Shown here: positions 46,782 through 56,217 of the stretch, piece by piece
How positions within the stretch are numbered: position 1 is the stretch's first letter
Layout of the letters: each line of letters begins with the position of its first letter
Virus record (IMG/VR): IMGVR_UViG_3300042485_001768
Origin: a virus
Lineage: Duplodnaviria; Heunggongvirae; Uroviricota; Caudoviricetes
Direction: 5' to 3' (one strand)
Length of the DNA stretch: 64,000 bases
Made by a program: the position numbers and the translations under genes
Notes under the pieces: model-generated
Seen by the model: the letters and a program-made list of their open reading frames with translations, nothing else
Told to the model about the DNA's origin: nothing
Databases searched by the model: none

Positions 46782-47054
46782 ATGATTAAAAATATATTCA
46801 ATAAATTTTTTGATCGTTTTTTAAAAGATTATGACTTAAAAACTTATAATATAAATTTGGTAGATAGGAAGAATGAAAGAATTTCTCTCGCAGATGAAAT
46901 TGCAAACCTTCATTCTAGAATAAGATATCTTGAAAGAGAAAATGTTTGTATGTCAAATGCAATGTATGAGATGGAGAACAGACTACAAGCACAAATTGAC
47001 AAAATTAATCCTACAGTGTTAGATTTAAAGAACTTTAGTTTGGGAGACACTTAA
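46782..47054 (+). CDS. hypothetical small protein
   Basis: 90 aa ORF. Confidence 0.3.
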   Translation: MIKNIFNKFFDRFLKDYDLKTYNINLVDRKNERISLADEIANLHSRIRYLERENVCMSNAMYEMENRLQAQIDKINPTVLDLKNFSLGDT

Positions 47055-47245
47055 TGTACGAGTCTTTAACAGAATTCGAAAGAGCACTTGCTCGTTTTGG
47101 AGATAAAGTTCAACTGATAGTTGGACTTGAAATTGGAGATAAAATGAGTCCTGAAATTGCATATCAGGAAATCAAAGAGATGTTGAAAGAACTTAAAAAA
47201 CTTCGTAAAAAAGAAAAATCTAATTGGGAAGAAGATGACAAATAA
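47054..47245 (+). CDS. hypothetical small protein
   Basis: 63 aa, start overlaps the previous stop (TAATG). Confidence 0.3.
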   Translation: MYESLTEFERALARFGDKVQLIVGLEIGDKMSPEIAYQEIKEMLKELKKLRKKEKSNWEEDDK

Positions 47246-47417
47246 AAAAGATAGTTTAAGAGTAACTGAAGAAAAAGATGGTAGTTTTACCGTTGAATGG
47301 GACTCAGATGACCCAGCATACTCTTGGTTAAGTACAAAAACAGAAGAGGAATTGACAGAAATTTTAACAGAGCAGATTGAAAATTATTTAAATCAACTTA
47401 AAAATAATGAGCGATAA
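47235..47417 (+). CDS. hypothetical small protein
   Basis: 60 aa, overlapping start/stop arrangement. Confidence 0.3.
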   Translation: MTNKKDSLRVTEEKDGSFTVEWDSDDPAYSWLSTKTEEELTEILTEQIENYLNQLKNNER

Positions 47418-47661
47418 AGTAATCAAATGGTCTTTACCTGTACAATATGATCCAGAATCTGGTGATTATTTTATCTCTTTTCCAGAAGATCTTTTACATG
47501 CTGCAAATTTAAAAGAAGGTGACCAAGTATTTTGGGTTGATAATGGCGACAAGACTTTTACAATAAAAAAAGTAAAAGAAGATGCACCAAAAACTTATCA
47601 GGATATGATTGCTGATGGGTGGGAAATGACTGTAGATGGATTCTGGATAAAGGAGAATTAA
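47407..47661 (+). CDS. hypothetical small protein
   Basis: 84 aa ORF. Confidence 0.3.
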   Translation: MSDKVIKWSLPVQYDPESGDYFISFPEDLLHAANLKEGDQVFWVDNGDKTFTIKKVKEDAPKTYQDMIADGWEMTVDGFWIKEN

Positions 47662-47706
47662 AATTACAATAAATAAGTAAATAAAAGAAAATAATATCGT
47701 TATAAA

Positions 47707-48267
47707 ATGGCAGTATTAACCGCAACTGGTATTCTATTTAATGATAGTACGTCATTAAATTCAAGATATGATGTTATAGCACAATCATCAGTAGCAATTT
47801 TTTATCAAGCTTCGGCACCTACTGGGTGGACTAAAGTAACAACACATAATGATAAGGCACTTAGAGTTGTTAGTGGGACTGGTGGCGGATTTGGATATGG
47901 TGGAGTATCTGGTGCAGGAGGAATAACATTTACTTCTGCATTCCCTTCTAATTTAAAAAATCTCAGTATTCCAATTAGTGTTAGTGCTGGAATTGCTGGA
48001 ACAGTTGGTAATACAACTCTTTCTGTTTCGCAAATTCCAAATCATACTCACGATAGCTTAACTGGTGGCACTAGTTCTGCAGCATCTGGTGGTGCTTCAT
48101 TTAGAACTCCAGGAACTAATGCTACTGGTGGAGTAGTAAGTCCTACAGGAACAGGAGGAGCACACAACCACCCCTTTACGGGAAGTGTTGGGATTACTTC
48201 AACTGCAACTGGATCTTTGGATTTAAGAGTCCAATATATAGATGTAATTATCTGCAGCTTCGATTAA
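47707..48267 (+). CDS. phage tail-collar domain protein (paralog 1)
   Basis: 186 aa. GNTTLSVSQIPNHTHD and GGAHNHPFTG match the tail-collar LPxHTH signature. Gly/Ser/Thr-rich. Confidence 0.6.
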   Translation: MAVLTATGILFNDSTSLNSRYDVIAQSSVAIFYQASAPTGWTKVTTHNDKALRVVSGTGGGFGYGGVSGAGGITFTSAFPSNLKNLSIPISVSAGIAGTVGNTTLSVSQIPNHTHDSLTGGTSSAASGGASFRTPGTNATGGVVSPTGTGGAHNHPFTGSVGITSTATGSLDLRVQYIDVIICSFD

Positions 48268-48268
48268 T

Positions 48269-48826
48269 ATGGCATCTTTAACTAGTGGCGGGATAAGATT
48301 TAGTTTAACTGATTTCACCAATATAATTGAATCTTTTTATTGGATGTATCCTGCGGGGACTAAAAAGGTATTTTATCAAGCAGAAGCACCAACTGGTTGG
48401 GTAAAAGATACAACTCAAAATAATAAAATGTTAAGAGTTGTTAGTGGAAGTGGTGGAGTTTCTGGTGGAACAATTTCAGCATCTAATGCCTTTATATCTA
48501 CAGGAACTGAAGTATCTTTCCCATTTGCTGGTTCTTATCCCGCAAGTGGTACTGTTGGTAATACTACTCTTTCATTAGGACAACTTCCAAATCACACTCA
48601 TGAAGGAACTATGGGTTCAAATGGAGGTTCTTCTGCAACTCCATTCAGTAATGCTGGTTCTAGAACTGTTTTTGGTAGTGTTGCGACTAGTGGTATGCTA
48701 GAATCTACTGGTGGAGGTTCTCATACACATCCTTGGTCTGGTACACTAAACTTAAATGCTAATATTACTAGCACTACAGATCTTAGTGTGCAATATGTTG
48801 ATGTGATTATTTGCACATTATCATAA
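48269..48826 (+). CDS. phage tail-collar domain protein (paralog 2)
   Basis: 185 aa. GNTTLSLGQLPNHTHEG, GGSHTHPWSG. Collinear with the previous ORF; both end in SVQYVDVIIC. Confidence 0.6.
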   Translation: MASLTSGGIRFSLTDFTNIIESFYWMYPAGTKKVFYQAEAPTGWVKDTTQNNKMLRVVSGSGGVSGGTISASNAFISTGTEVSFPFAGSYPASGTVGNTTLSLGQLPNHTHEGTMGSNGGSSATPFSNAGSRTVFGSVATSGMLESTGGGSHTHPWSGTLNLNANITSTTDLSVQYVDVIICTLS

Positions 48827-48864
48827 ATATGTTATACTAATTATTAAAATCCCGTGTATTAATT

Positions 48865-49206
48865 ATGAAAATTGAGAATGGAAAATATTGTCCTCTTCTT
48901 AAAAAAGATTGTATTGGATTGAAATGTTCTTGGTATACTCAAGTTAGAGGCGTAAATCCTAATACAGGGCAAGAAGTTGATGAATGGTCGTGTGCTATTA
49001 CTTGGCTTCCTATGATGTTAATTGAAAATTCTCAGCAACAAAGGTCTACAGGTGCTGCTGTTGAATCATTTAGAAATGAAATGGTTAAAGCAAATCAAAC
49101 CAACATTAATGTTTTATCTGCTGCAGCACAAATGCTTCAAGCAACTATGGATGAAAACACAAATAAAATTCTACCAACAGATGTAAAAGAGGTAACAGAT
49201 CAATGA
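48865..49206 (+). CDS. hypothetical protein
   Basis: 113 aa ORF. Confidence 0.35.
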   Translation: MKIENGKYCPLLKKDCIGLKCSWYTQVRGVNPNTGQEVDEWSCAITWLPMMLIENSQQQRSTGAAVESFRNEMVKANQTNINVLSAAAQMLQATMDENTNKILPTDVKEVTDQ

Positions 49207-49979
49207 GAGTAACTGTTATTTACCCTGACAAATTTATCAGTGTTGATGGCAAAGGAATGTATTTTGCTGAAAACTGGCCTTTTGAGGAAACTGATATTCA
49301 CGCAATTCAGTGGAATGGAGATAAGGGGGAATTAGAATATACTACACCAATTCCAAATAAAGAAATTACAAATAAATCAGAAATTAAAAAATATGTAGAT
49401 TTGTTCACTGAAGGATATCAGAAGTGGATGAAGGAACAAGAGATTCTTGCAGAAATTGAAAAAGAAAAATTGATGACATGGGAAGATGCCATGAAGGAAC
49501 TTGAACTTCAATTAGATGTGATGCAAAAGAATCATGAATTTGAATTGGAACAAATGCTAAAGGAACAAGATAAGCATTTGGAAGGAGTTAAAGAAGAATT
49601 CGAACTACAAGTAGAACAAATCTATAATAAAGTTCAAGAGAATCAACTTAATCTTTATTATGCAGAAAATGCAATTGAGGATGAATCTAAAGAAAAAAGT
49701 TATGACAGCATGACTATTTTTGATAGTAATATTGATCCATCTCTATTTGATGATAGCTTCGACCCAACAGAGGATGATAGTGAAGAAGATGGTGAAGAAA
49801 CTGAAATTGAAGAGTCTTCAGATATTCAAGACTTTAAAAACTTTGATTTAAGTCTTCTGGAAGATGAATTTAACTTAGAAATGCTTTTTGAAGACGAAGA
49901 CACCCCAATTGTAAATGAAATTGAAGAACTTATTGAACAAGAACAACAAGTAGACGCTGCAGAAATTCCAGACAATTAA
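49203..49979 (+). CDS. hypothetical highly acidic protein
   Basis: 258 aa with a Glu/Asp-rich C-terminal half. Confidence 0.35.
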   Translation: MRVTVIYPDKFISVDGKGMYFAENWPFEETDIHAIQWNGDKGELEYTTPIPNKEITNKSEIKKYVDLFTEGYQKWMKEQEILAEIEKEKLMTWEDAMKELELQLDVMQKNHEFELEQMLKEQDKHLEGVKEEFELQVEQIYNKVQENQLNLYYAENAIEDESKEKSYDSMTIFDSNIDPSLFDDSFDPTEDDSEEDGEETEIEESSDIQDFKNFDLSLLEDEFNLEMLFEDEDTPIVNEIEELIEQEQQVDAAEIPDN

Positions 49980-49994
49980 TAAACTACTTTTATT

Positions 49995-51161
49995 ATGAAT
50001 CAATCTTTAGTTGAAAACGGATATATTATAATACCAAATTTTATATGTTCGGAACGTGCAAAAAATTTATCCAAAGAATTTGCACAAGTATGTAAAGAAA
50101 ATAATATAGATGGAGATGAGCAAGTTCCGACTTCAAAATCTCAATATGACTATATTTCTTTTTTAGAATTACTTTGTGAAAAAACTCCTGAAGTATCATC
50201 TATTATTGGCGAAACTGTTTTACCAACTTATAGTTATGCTAGAGTATATGAAAAAGGAAGCACTTTACCATCGCATACTGACAGAAAAGAATGTGAAATA
50301 TCAATAACTATCAATTTAGATTCTGATGTATCTTGGCCTATTTGGGTCATGACACCAGATAAAAAGCAAAAAAGAATCATTTTAAATCCAGGGGATGGTC
50401 TTCTTTACTTGGGCATAGATATACCTCATTGGAGAGAAGAATTAAAAGGAAATTATTGCACTCAAGTATTTTTACATTATGTAAGAAGTAGAGGACCTAA
50501 TGTTGCCTTGTATTTTGATAAAGAGAATAGAAAATTTTGCAACTTCAATGAGATTAAAAAAAGTCCAGAAGTGATGATAAAAACTGAAAATTATAAGAGT
50601 AAAAATCCATTGGATGAATACATTAAAATATATTACTCTGCAATTCCAGATTATGTTTGTGATTTGATTTTAGAAGAGTATAAAAATTGTGAAGATTGGA
50701 ATCCAAGTAGAACAGGAAACGGAGAAGTAAATAAATTCGTTCGCAATTGTGATACTATTGGATTGTCGATGGCAAATGTTATCAACAAAAATTTAGAAAC
50801 CAGAAAGAAAATCGATACCTTATTATTTGAACATTCTGGTAATACCCTTAAAAAATATGTTGAAGAATTTCCACACTGCCAATTAATTTCTGATAGTGGA
50901 TATGATCTCTTGAGATATGATATGGGAGGATATTATTCTATTCATACAGATTCTCATAAAACTACACCTAGAACAGTGTCCTGTTCTTTTAATTTGAATG
51001 ATGATTATGAAGGTGGAGAATTTGCATTCTTTGATAGAGAATTAATCATTAAAGCACCAAAAGGGTCTGCAATTGTATTTCCATCGAATTTTATGTATCC
51101 TCATGAAATTATGGAAGTTAAATCTGGATCCAGATATTCTATTGTGACTTGGTTCGTTTAA
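49995..51161 (+). CDS. tandem-domain 2OG-Fe(II) oxygenase / prolyl-4-hydroxylase-like protein
   Basis: 388 aa with two jelly-roll-like halves: LPSHTDRKECEISITINL...IPHW and YSIHTDSH...VSCSFNLNDDYEGGEFAFFD...MYPHEIMEV. Confidence 0.45.
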   Translation: MNQSLVENGYIIIPNFICSERAKNLSKEFAQVCKENNIDGDEQVPTSKSQYDYISFLELLCEKTPEVSSIIGETVLPTYSYARVYEKGSTLPSHTDRKECEISITINLDSDVSWPIWVMTPDKKQKRIILNPGDGLLYLGIDIPHWREELKGNYCTQVFLHYVRSRGPNVALYFDKENRKFCNFNEIKKSPEVMIKTENYKSKNPLDEYIKIYYSAIPDYVCDLILEEYKNCEDWNPSRTGNGEVNKFVRNCDTIGLSMANVINKNLETRKKIDTLLFEHSGNTLKKYVEEFPHCQLISDSGYDLLRYDMGGYYSIHTDSHKTTPRTVSCSFNLNDDYEGGEFAFFDRELIIKAPKGSAIVFPSNFMYPHEIMEVKSGSRYSIVTWFV

Positions 51162-51219
51162 CCGAACATTGACAGAATAAAAATATTAATCTATTATTAA
51201 ATTAACTTTATATTAACCA

Positions 51220-51441
51220 ATGGCACTATCAAAATCTGTTGAAGAATCTTTAAGAGAAGCAGAGTCTTCCCTTAGAAATGCCCTTGCTTTTGCAGCAAGA
51301 CAAGAAAAACCCTTTGTTGGTAAGCATATTGCCTGTATGATTGCTGACCTTGATGCCCTTATTAAAACTGATGAATTAATGGATAAACTTGAGAGTAGAC
51401 TAAAAGGAGATAAGGGGACGTGGGGACCTTTTGGTGAATAA
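51220..51441 (+). CDS. hypothetical small protein
   Basis: 73 aa ORF. Confidence 0.3.
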   Translation: MALSKSVEESLREAESSLRNALAFAARQEKPFVGKHIACMIADLDALIKTDELMDKLESRLKGDKGTWGPFGE

Positions 51442-51494
51442 TAAGATTTGTAACATCAATAATTAAGAGACTATTAAAAATTCCATAGATAATC

Positions 51495-51686
51495 ATGGAA
51501 TGTGTTAAAATCAACACAGTTGCACAAAAACAAATGGAATTAACACAAGAAGAGTGGAACGAATTGGTTGCTCTTAAAGACGCAATTAATTACGATCCAT
51601 CTCAAGTCCATTATGAAAAAATGGAAAGGTTTACTGAATTATTTGTTAAAACTTTGGAAGGTAAAGGTGACAATTGCCCAATGTGA
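51495..51686 (+). CDS. hypothetical small protein
   Basis: 63 aa ORF. Confidence 0.3.
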   Translation: MECVKINTVAQKQMELTQEEWNELVALKDAINYDPSQVHYEKMERFTELFVKTLEGKGDNCPM

Positions 51687-51716
51687 TACATAATTAATAA
51701 AGGTATCATAAAATAA

Positions 51717-52130
51717 ATGGATACAAATCTTTTCACTCAAACTAGTGATGAAAAATCTATTTTGTTAAAAACAGGGTTCTTATGTTTAAAATTGACTAAA
51801 AATTATTTTAATGAAGTTTCTTCTATTGCTAAGAAATTAATTAGAGATAATATTGATGTAAGAAGTAACAAGTTCAAATTAAAAGAACTTGATAATTACC
51901 TTGATTTGGGTTCTTTTTTTATTGAGGAAACAAAAAAATATTATAAAGTTTATCAATTTACAGATGAATCTGATTCAAAAATTCACTGTTTTGTTGATAA
52001 AGAGAGTGGTTTAGTTTATAAACCACTCAATAGAAATTCTCCTAATAAAAGAAGAGTGTATGAAATTGATAAGTGTATATTACATGCTGATTGGAGAGGG
52101 TATTATTTGAATGATGTGACACCTCAGTAA
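51717..52130 (+). CDS. hypothetical protein, HCF(V/I)DK..G.VYK family (paralog of 55177..55632)
   Basis: 137 aa. The C-terminal IHCFVDKESGLVYKP....ILHADWRGYYL mirrors VHCFIDKKTGEVYKS....LLQNADWAGSYLY in ORF 55177. Confidence 0.4.
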   Translation: MDTNLFTQTSDEKSILLKTGFLCLKLTKNYFNEVSSIAKKLIRDNIDVRSNKFKLKELDNYLDLGSFFIEETKKYYKVYQFTDESDSKIHCFVDKESGLVYKPLNRNSPNKRRVYEIDKCILHADWRGYYLNDVTPQ

Positions 52131-52138
52131 CTGTCCAC

Positions 52139-52161
52139 TGCCCCTTGACGGGGCATTTTTT
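52139..52161 (+). terminator. rho-independent terminator
   Basis: TGCCCC-TTGAC-GGGGCA followed by TTTTTT, 8 nt after the stop at 52130. Confidence 0.65.
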
Positions 52162-52175
52162 ATGGCGTATATTAC

Positions 52176-52484
52176 ATGAGTAAACCAAGCACACCAATGA
52201 TTTCTCTTCCAAACTTTGCTGAATTTGCTGAGAGCGTCAATACTGATGAAGAATTGACCGAGAAAAATTATTGTGACCAACAATCGGTCACAATGGAGTT
52301 TACTTATGAAGAGCATGACCTTCTAAATTCCATTCTTTGCCATGCATCCGATGCTATGGATCTTGCTATTCCTTTTGTTTATGAATTGGAAGAGGATTCG
52401 GAAATTCGCCAGCGTTATCATCTGCTAGAACAAATGAAAAATCGTTCTTACGACCTCTGGAAAAACCGTTTCGGTAATAAGTGA
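52176..52484 (+). CDS. hypothetical acidic protein
   Basis: 102 aa ORF. Confidence 0.35.
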   Translation: MSKPSTPMISLPNFAEFAESVNTDEELTEKNYCDQQSVTMEFTYEEHDLLNSILCHASDAMDLAIPFVYELEEDSEIRQRYHLLEQMKNRSYDLWKNRFGNK

Positions 52485-52966
52485 TGACTACTTGGAAAGC
52501 TGATGTATTTGTCAACTCTCAAGTTGGCAAAATTTCGACAGAAGTTGAAGCGGCAACTTTCTCTGGTGCTAAAGAACAAATCTATGCAAAGCATGGTGAT
52601 GTTCAACAAATTTATAATCTGAGGCAAGTATCTTCAGATTCTTCTTCTGGATTTACTTCATCTTCTGGAGGTAGTACGTCTGGTAGTATTGCCCTTGTAG
52701 GTCTTGTTGCTGCTGGTTGGGCATTTATTACGTTTACTCCTTGGATTCTCATGTTTGGTGGTGGAATAGCATCAACTTGGATTATTCAAAAACTTCTGAG
52801 AACTGATTTGGAATCTGCTTCGGATTCTGGTAATAATGGTGCTGTTGCATTAATTTTAGGCACAGCTATTTTGTTTGGTGGTGTTGGATTTGTGCAGGGA
52901 GAATCTATTCGCAAATCTTTTGAAACCCCAGAAGTTCCATCAACTCAAGTTCAAAAACAACAATGA
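52481..52966 (+). CDS. membrane protein
   Basis: 161 aa with two hydrophobic segments (IALVGLVAAGWAFITF, AVALILGTAILFGGVGFV). Confidence 0.4.
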   Translation: MMTTWKADVFVNSQVGKISTEVEAATFSGAKEQIYAKHGDVQQIYNLRQVSSDSSSGFTSSSGGSTSGSIALVGLVAAGWAFITFTPWILMFGGGIASTWIIQKLLRTDLESASDSGNNGAVALILGTAILFGGVGFVQGESIRKSFETPEVPSTQVQKQQ

Positions 52967-53229
52967 AGTTTACTGATCTTAACTTTGAGGAACATTATTT
53001 TGGAGGTGTACATGCTGTTCATTTTTTTGAAAATGGATATGGTGTGAGTGTGGTTTGTTTTCCTGGATCATATGGTTATGAGCAGGGATTGTATGAAGTA
53101 GCAATTCTTAAAGGCAATCCAGATAAATTTGAGTTGTGCTATGATACTCCCATCACTGATGATGTTTTTGGTCATCGTGATGAGAATGATGTAGAAAACA
53201 TTATGAAAGAGGTTGCTGATTTATCATGA
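52963..53229 (+). CDS. hypothetical small protein
   Basis: 88 aa ORF. Confidence 0.3.
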   Translation: MKFTDLNFEEHYFGGVHAVHFFENGYGVSVVCFPGSYGYEQGLYEVAILKGNPDKFELCYDTPITDDVFGHRDENDVENIMKEVADLS

Positions 53230-53387
53230 TTGCTCGTATTCTTGGTGTTGGGGCAGGAGTATTTCTAATCCTGTTCGTTCTTCTCTCAAGGGGACTTCCT
53301 GTGCTATTCTTCATCAAGATGTTCCCCCTCATTCTTCTTGTTCTTGTAGCAGCAGCACTAATCTATGCTGGTGTTACTTCTGACTGA
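53226..53387 (+). CDS. small hydrophobic membrane protein (53 aa)
   Basis: Hand-translated MIARILGVGAGVFLILFVLLSRGLPVLFFIKMFPLILLVLVAAALIYAGVTSD. Start overlaps the upstream stop. Confidence 0.3.
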   Translation: MIARILGVGAGVFLILFVLLSRGLPVLFFIKMFPLILLVLVAAALIYAGVTSD

Positions 53388-53412
53388 TTGTTCTTTATCA
53401 ATTAACTAAATT

Positions 53413-54231
53413 ATGTCTACTACAAAAATTGCTCTGGGTGCTGGTGCTGCTGTTCTTGCTCTAGTGCTTACTGCTGGTCAATTCACCACCATCAACACTG
53501 GAGAAAATGGTCTCTACGTTGGATTTGATGGTCAGGTGAAGAATGAAGTGCTGACGCCTGGTATTAAATACGATGGTTTCGGTTCTATCAAAGTCTTCAA
53601 CACTCGTAAGATTACGGTACAATCTAACGATTTGACTCCGAAGACTAAAGACAACACCATCATGAAAGATATGGATGTTGTGGTTACTTACAGCATTGCT
53701 CCCACTTCACTCTATAGCTTCTATACTGGTTACGATATGAGTAACCATGGTGTCAGTGAGAATGGACAGATTGAACTGATGTCCACGTTTATCAAGCGTC
53801 TGATTACGTCTGCCGTGAACCAATCGGTTGACGAATATGCTGCCCTGGATGTGAACAGCAGTCTGGATAAGATTCAAGATACCATCAAACAGAATCTGAA
53901 CCTTGCCCTGGAGAAGAACAACCTTGCTGGTAAGATTGATATTGAATCCGTTGTGGTTGTAAAAGCAGACTTGCCTGAGGATCTGGTTGCTGCTGTGAAT
54001 CGTGTGGTGACTGCTCAATCTGCTGAAAAGGAGCAAATTGTGAAGAACCGTACTGCTGAACTGAAAGCAAACGAGAACAAGTCTCTTGCTTCTACTATCA
54101 CTCCTCAGTACCTTGAGTACCAACGTAATGAAATCATGAAGGAAGCATTCAAGAATGGTGGCATTGAAAAGATGATCATTGTGAATGGTTCTTCGATGAA
54201 CTTCCTGCCTGGTGGTCTGACTGGTAAGTGA
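53413..54231 (+). CDS. SPFH/band-7 (prohibitin/stomatin-like) domain protein
   Basis: 272 aa. N-terminal TM helix (IALGAGAAVLALVLTAG), then a band-7-like core and a C-terminal coiled region (AEKEQIVKNRTAELKANE). Higher GC than neighbours. Confidence 0.55.
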   Translation: MSTTKIALGAGAAVLALVLTAGQFTTINTGENGLYVGFDGQVKNEVLTPGIKYDGFGSIKVFNTRKITVQSNDLTPKTKDNTIMKDMDVVVTYSIAPTSLYSFYTGYDMSNHGVSENGQIELMSTFIKRLITSAVNQSVDEYAALDVNSSLDKIQDTIKQNLNLALEKNNLAGKIDIESVVVVKADLPEDLVAAVNRVVTAQSAEKEQIVKNRTAELKANENKSLASTITPQYLEYQRNEIMKEAFKNGGIEKMIIVNGSSMNFLPGGLTGK

Positions 54232-54233
54232 TT

Positions 54234-54401
54234 ATGATTGAACTCCTCGCTAGTGCTATTATTGCTTCAAGCAATCAATCTGAGCAAATCAACCGATTCT
54301 GTGCTTATGTTGTTGGTATTCCATATGCTAGTGATAACTTCACCGACGAGGAGTGGGGGAGGTTTGAATACTGTAGGGAACACTTAAAAATTACTGATTA
54401 A
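54234..54401 (+). CDS. hypothetical small protein (55 aa)
   Basis: Hand-translated MIELLASAIIASSNQSEQINRFCAYVVGIPY... ORF overlapping the previous stop. Confidence 0.25.
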   Translation: MIELLASAIIASSNQSEQINRFCAYVVGIPYASDNFTDEEWGRFEYCREHLKITD

Positions 54402-54408
54402 CTTTATT

Positions 54409-54440
54409 GGGGAGAATGAACTTCTCCCCCTTTATCTTAT
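54409..54440 (+). terminator. rho-independent terminator-like hairpin
   Basis: GGGGAGAA-TGAAC-TTCTCCCC followed by CTTTATCTTAT. Confidence 0.5.
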
Positions 54441-55107
54441 GTACGAATTTAATGATTTTACTTTTAAATGTTGTGTTTGGTATTATGCCAAAAGATTGGG
54501 AGTAATTGATGCTTTAACCTGGGAAATAATCATTGCCAAATCAACAAATAGTCAATGGATTCCTGGGGATCATTTTATGGCAGATGTTGTAAATTCAGAA
54601 TATCTCTGCAACGTCAAGTCATTAAAAAAGAAATTTGCTAAAGGCGATAAACAATCTTTAACTTACGTTCAATGTAGGGCACCAATTACCAAAGACAGGA
54701 CATTATTGGACGATGAGTTGGGAAATGAAATTATTTCAACTTTAATTAAAAAAAAGCAAGAAAGTTTTGAACAATTTTCTTGTAATGTAATGAAGGATTA
54801 TATGATTCAACATTGCAGAGATGGTGAAAAATATTTTGCTAGAGTATTCTTGTGTGACCATCCAAATTTTAATGAGTATGATTTGCAATGGAAAGATGGT
54901 GAAGGTAAATTAGAAGGTTCAAAAACTTGGTTTTTAAAACGTGCATATGGAGATTCTAAGCACGGTCAAAACTGCGTTCACATTAAAAAGGTTTTTGAAA
55001 AATCTATGTTAATTGCGGATATTGTTGTTGAATGTCCAGATGAACACAATGTTTCCAATGAATTAATTGTTGAAGAATATATGAAATATCACCAGGGGGA
55101 CGGATGA
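54439..55107 (+). CDS. hypothetical protein
   Basis: 222 aa, Cys-rich (several CxxC-like pairs). Confidence 0.4.
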   Translation: MYEFNDFTFKCCVWYYAKRLGVIDALTWEIIIAKSTNSQWIPGDHFMADVVNSEYLCNVKSLKKKFAKGDKQSLTYVQCRAPITKDRTLLDDELGNEIISTLIKKKQESFEQFSCNVMKDYMIQHCRDGEKYFARVFLCDHPNFNEYDLQWKDGEGKLEGSKTWFLKRAYGDSKHGQNCVHIKKVFEKSMLIADIVVECPDEHNVSNELIVEEYMKYHQGDG

Positions 55108-55176
55108 ACCACTGTCCACTGGAACGAACCAACCTGAGAACTTTGCCCTATAATAACTTCAGTTCAAACAAAGGAC

Positions 55177-55632
55177 ATGACCACCACCTTCGCTGAATAC
55201 TCTGCTTCTGCTGAGGCAAGGAAGGACATTGCAACTGCTGTTCTGGGTCATACGTATGCTCTCTGTGAGGCACTGCGTCAGAACTACATTGACTATTCCA
55301 TTCGTAGTCATGAACGTTCTTTACAGCGTCTTGAGGGTAATACTGACACTGGTATTAAATATCACAAAGAACAGATTGCTAAACTCAAGCAAGGAACTTG
55401 TGATTACGATTTCTACCCCGAGTCTGGTAGAAAGTATCATAAGGTAATCATGAATGCCAATGGTAATAAGTCCGTTCATTGCTTCATCGACAAGAAAACT
55501 GGTGAAGTCTACAAGTCTGCATCATGGAAGGCACCTGCCAAGGGTGTGCGATATGATCTGCGTATCATCAATCAGCGTGAGTGGTTGCTTCAAAATGCTG
55601 ATTGGGCAGGTAGTTATCTTTATATGCGTTGA
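55177..55632 (+). CDS. hypothetical protein, HCF(V/I)DK..G.VYK family (paralog of 51717..52130)
   Basis: 151 aa with shared C-terminal motifs (see ORF 51717). Higher GC. Confidence 0.4.
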   Translation: MTTTFAEYSASAEARKDIATAVLGHTYALCEALRQNYIDYSIRSHERSLQRLEGNTDTGIKYHKEQIAKLKQGTCDYDFYPESGRKYHKVIMNANGNKSVHCFIDKKTGEVYKSASWKAPAKGVRYDLRIINQREWLLQNADWAGSYLYMR

Positions 55633-55675
55633 ATATGACAAAAACTGACAAACTTATCTTCATCTCTTCGTTTAT

Positions 55676-56149
55676 TTGGTTTCTTCACTGGGGCACATGT
55701 ATTACCTCGAAACTTCTGGTTATGGCTATCGAAAGCGAGTCTGTGAGAGCGTTACCGATTGGTTTATGAATCGGTATATGCCAAGACATCACATTGGTCT
55801 TCGCATTGTCCACAAAGGACTTAAACGAGAATTTGTCTATGGTTATTGTGACGTTGATGGTGAAATTAAACGTCCTCGTGACTTTTTGATTGAACTACAA
55901 TCGCATATGGACCTTGAGACCTATACAAAAACTTTAATTCATGAGTTAGTTCATGTTCGTCAATGGGTTTTTGGTGATCTCCGTGATAAAAGGGGAAAGA
56001 TGTATTATGGTTCCGTAAAAGTGGAAGAACTAGATTATGAAGATCAACCACATGAGATTGAAGCGAGAGAGCAGGAAGAAACTTTGTATATTACCTATTT
56101 GATAGAGACTGGGCAGATGAAATTTAAATCATCCAAATCTAGACTTTGA
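55676..56149 (+). CDS. putative HExxH zinc-metallopeptidase-like protein
   Basis: 157 aa with LIHELVHVRQW (HExxH), consistent with a short gluzincin-type helix. Confidence 0.35.
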   Translation: MVSSLGHMYYLETSGYGYRKRVCESVTDWFMNRYMPRHHIGLRIVHKGLKREFVYGYCDVDGEIKRPRDFLIELQSHMDLETYTKTLIHELVHVRQWVFGDLRDKRGKMYYGSVKVEELDYEDQPHEIEAREQEETLYITYLIETGQMKFKSSKSRL

Positions 56150-56154
56150 ACTAT

Positions 56155-56181
56155 AAGGGTGGAATATTCCACCCTTTTTTG
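56155..56181 (+). terminator. rho-independent terminator
   Basis: GGGTGGAAT-ATTCCACCC perfect palindrome followed by TTTTTT. Confidence 0.7.
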
Positions 56182-56217
56182 TTAAATAATTAATGAATAT
56201 TAGTAGTAGATGTATAA

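Noticed and set aside
53707-54123. 138-aa and 61-aa minus-strand ORFs inside the prohibitin-like gene
   Set aside because: Antisense to a plus-strand ORF with TM helix plus an SPFH-like core. No motifs.
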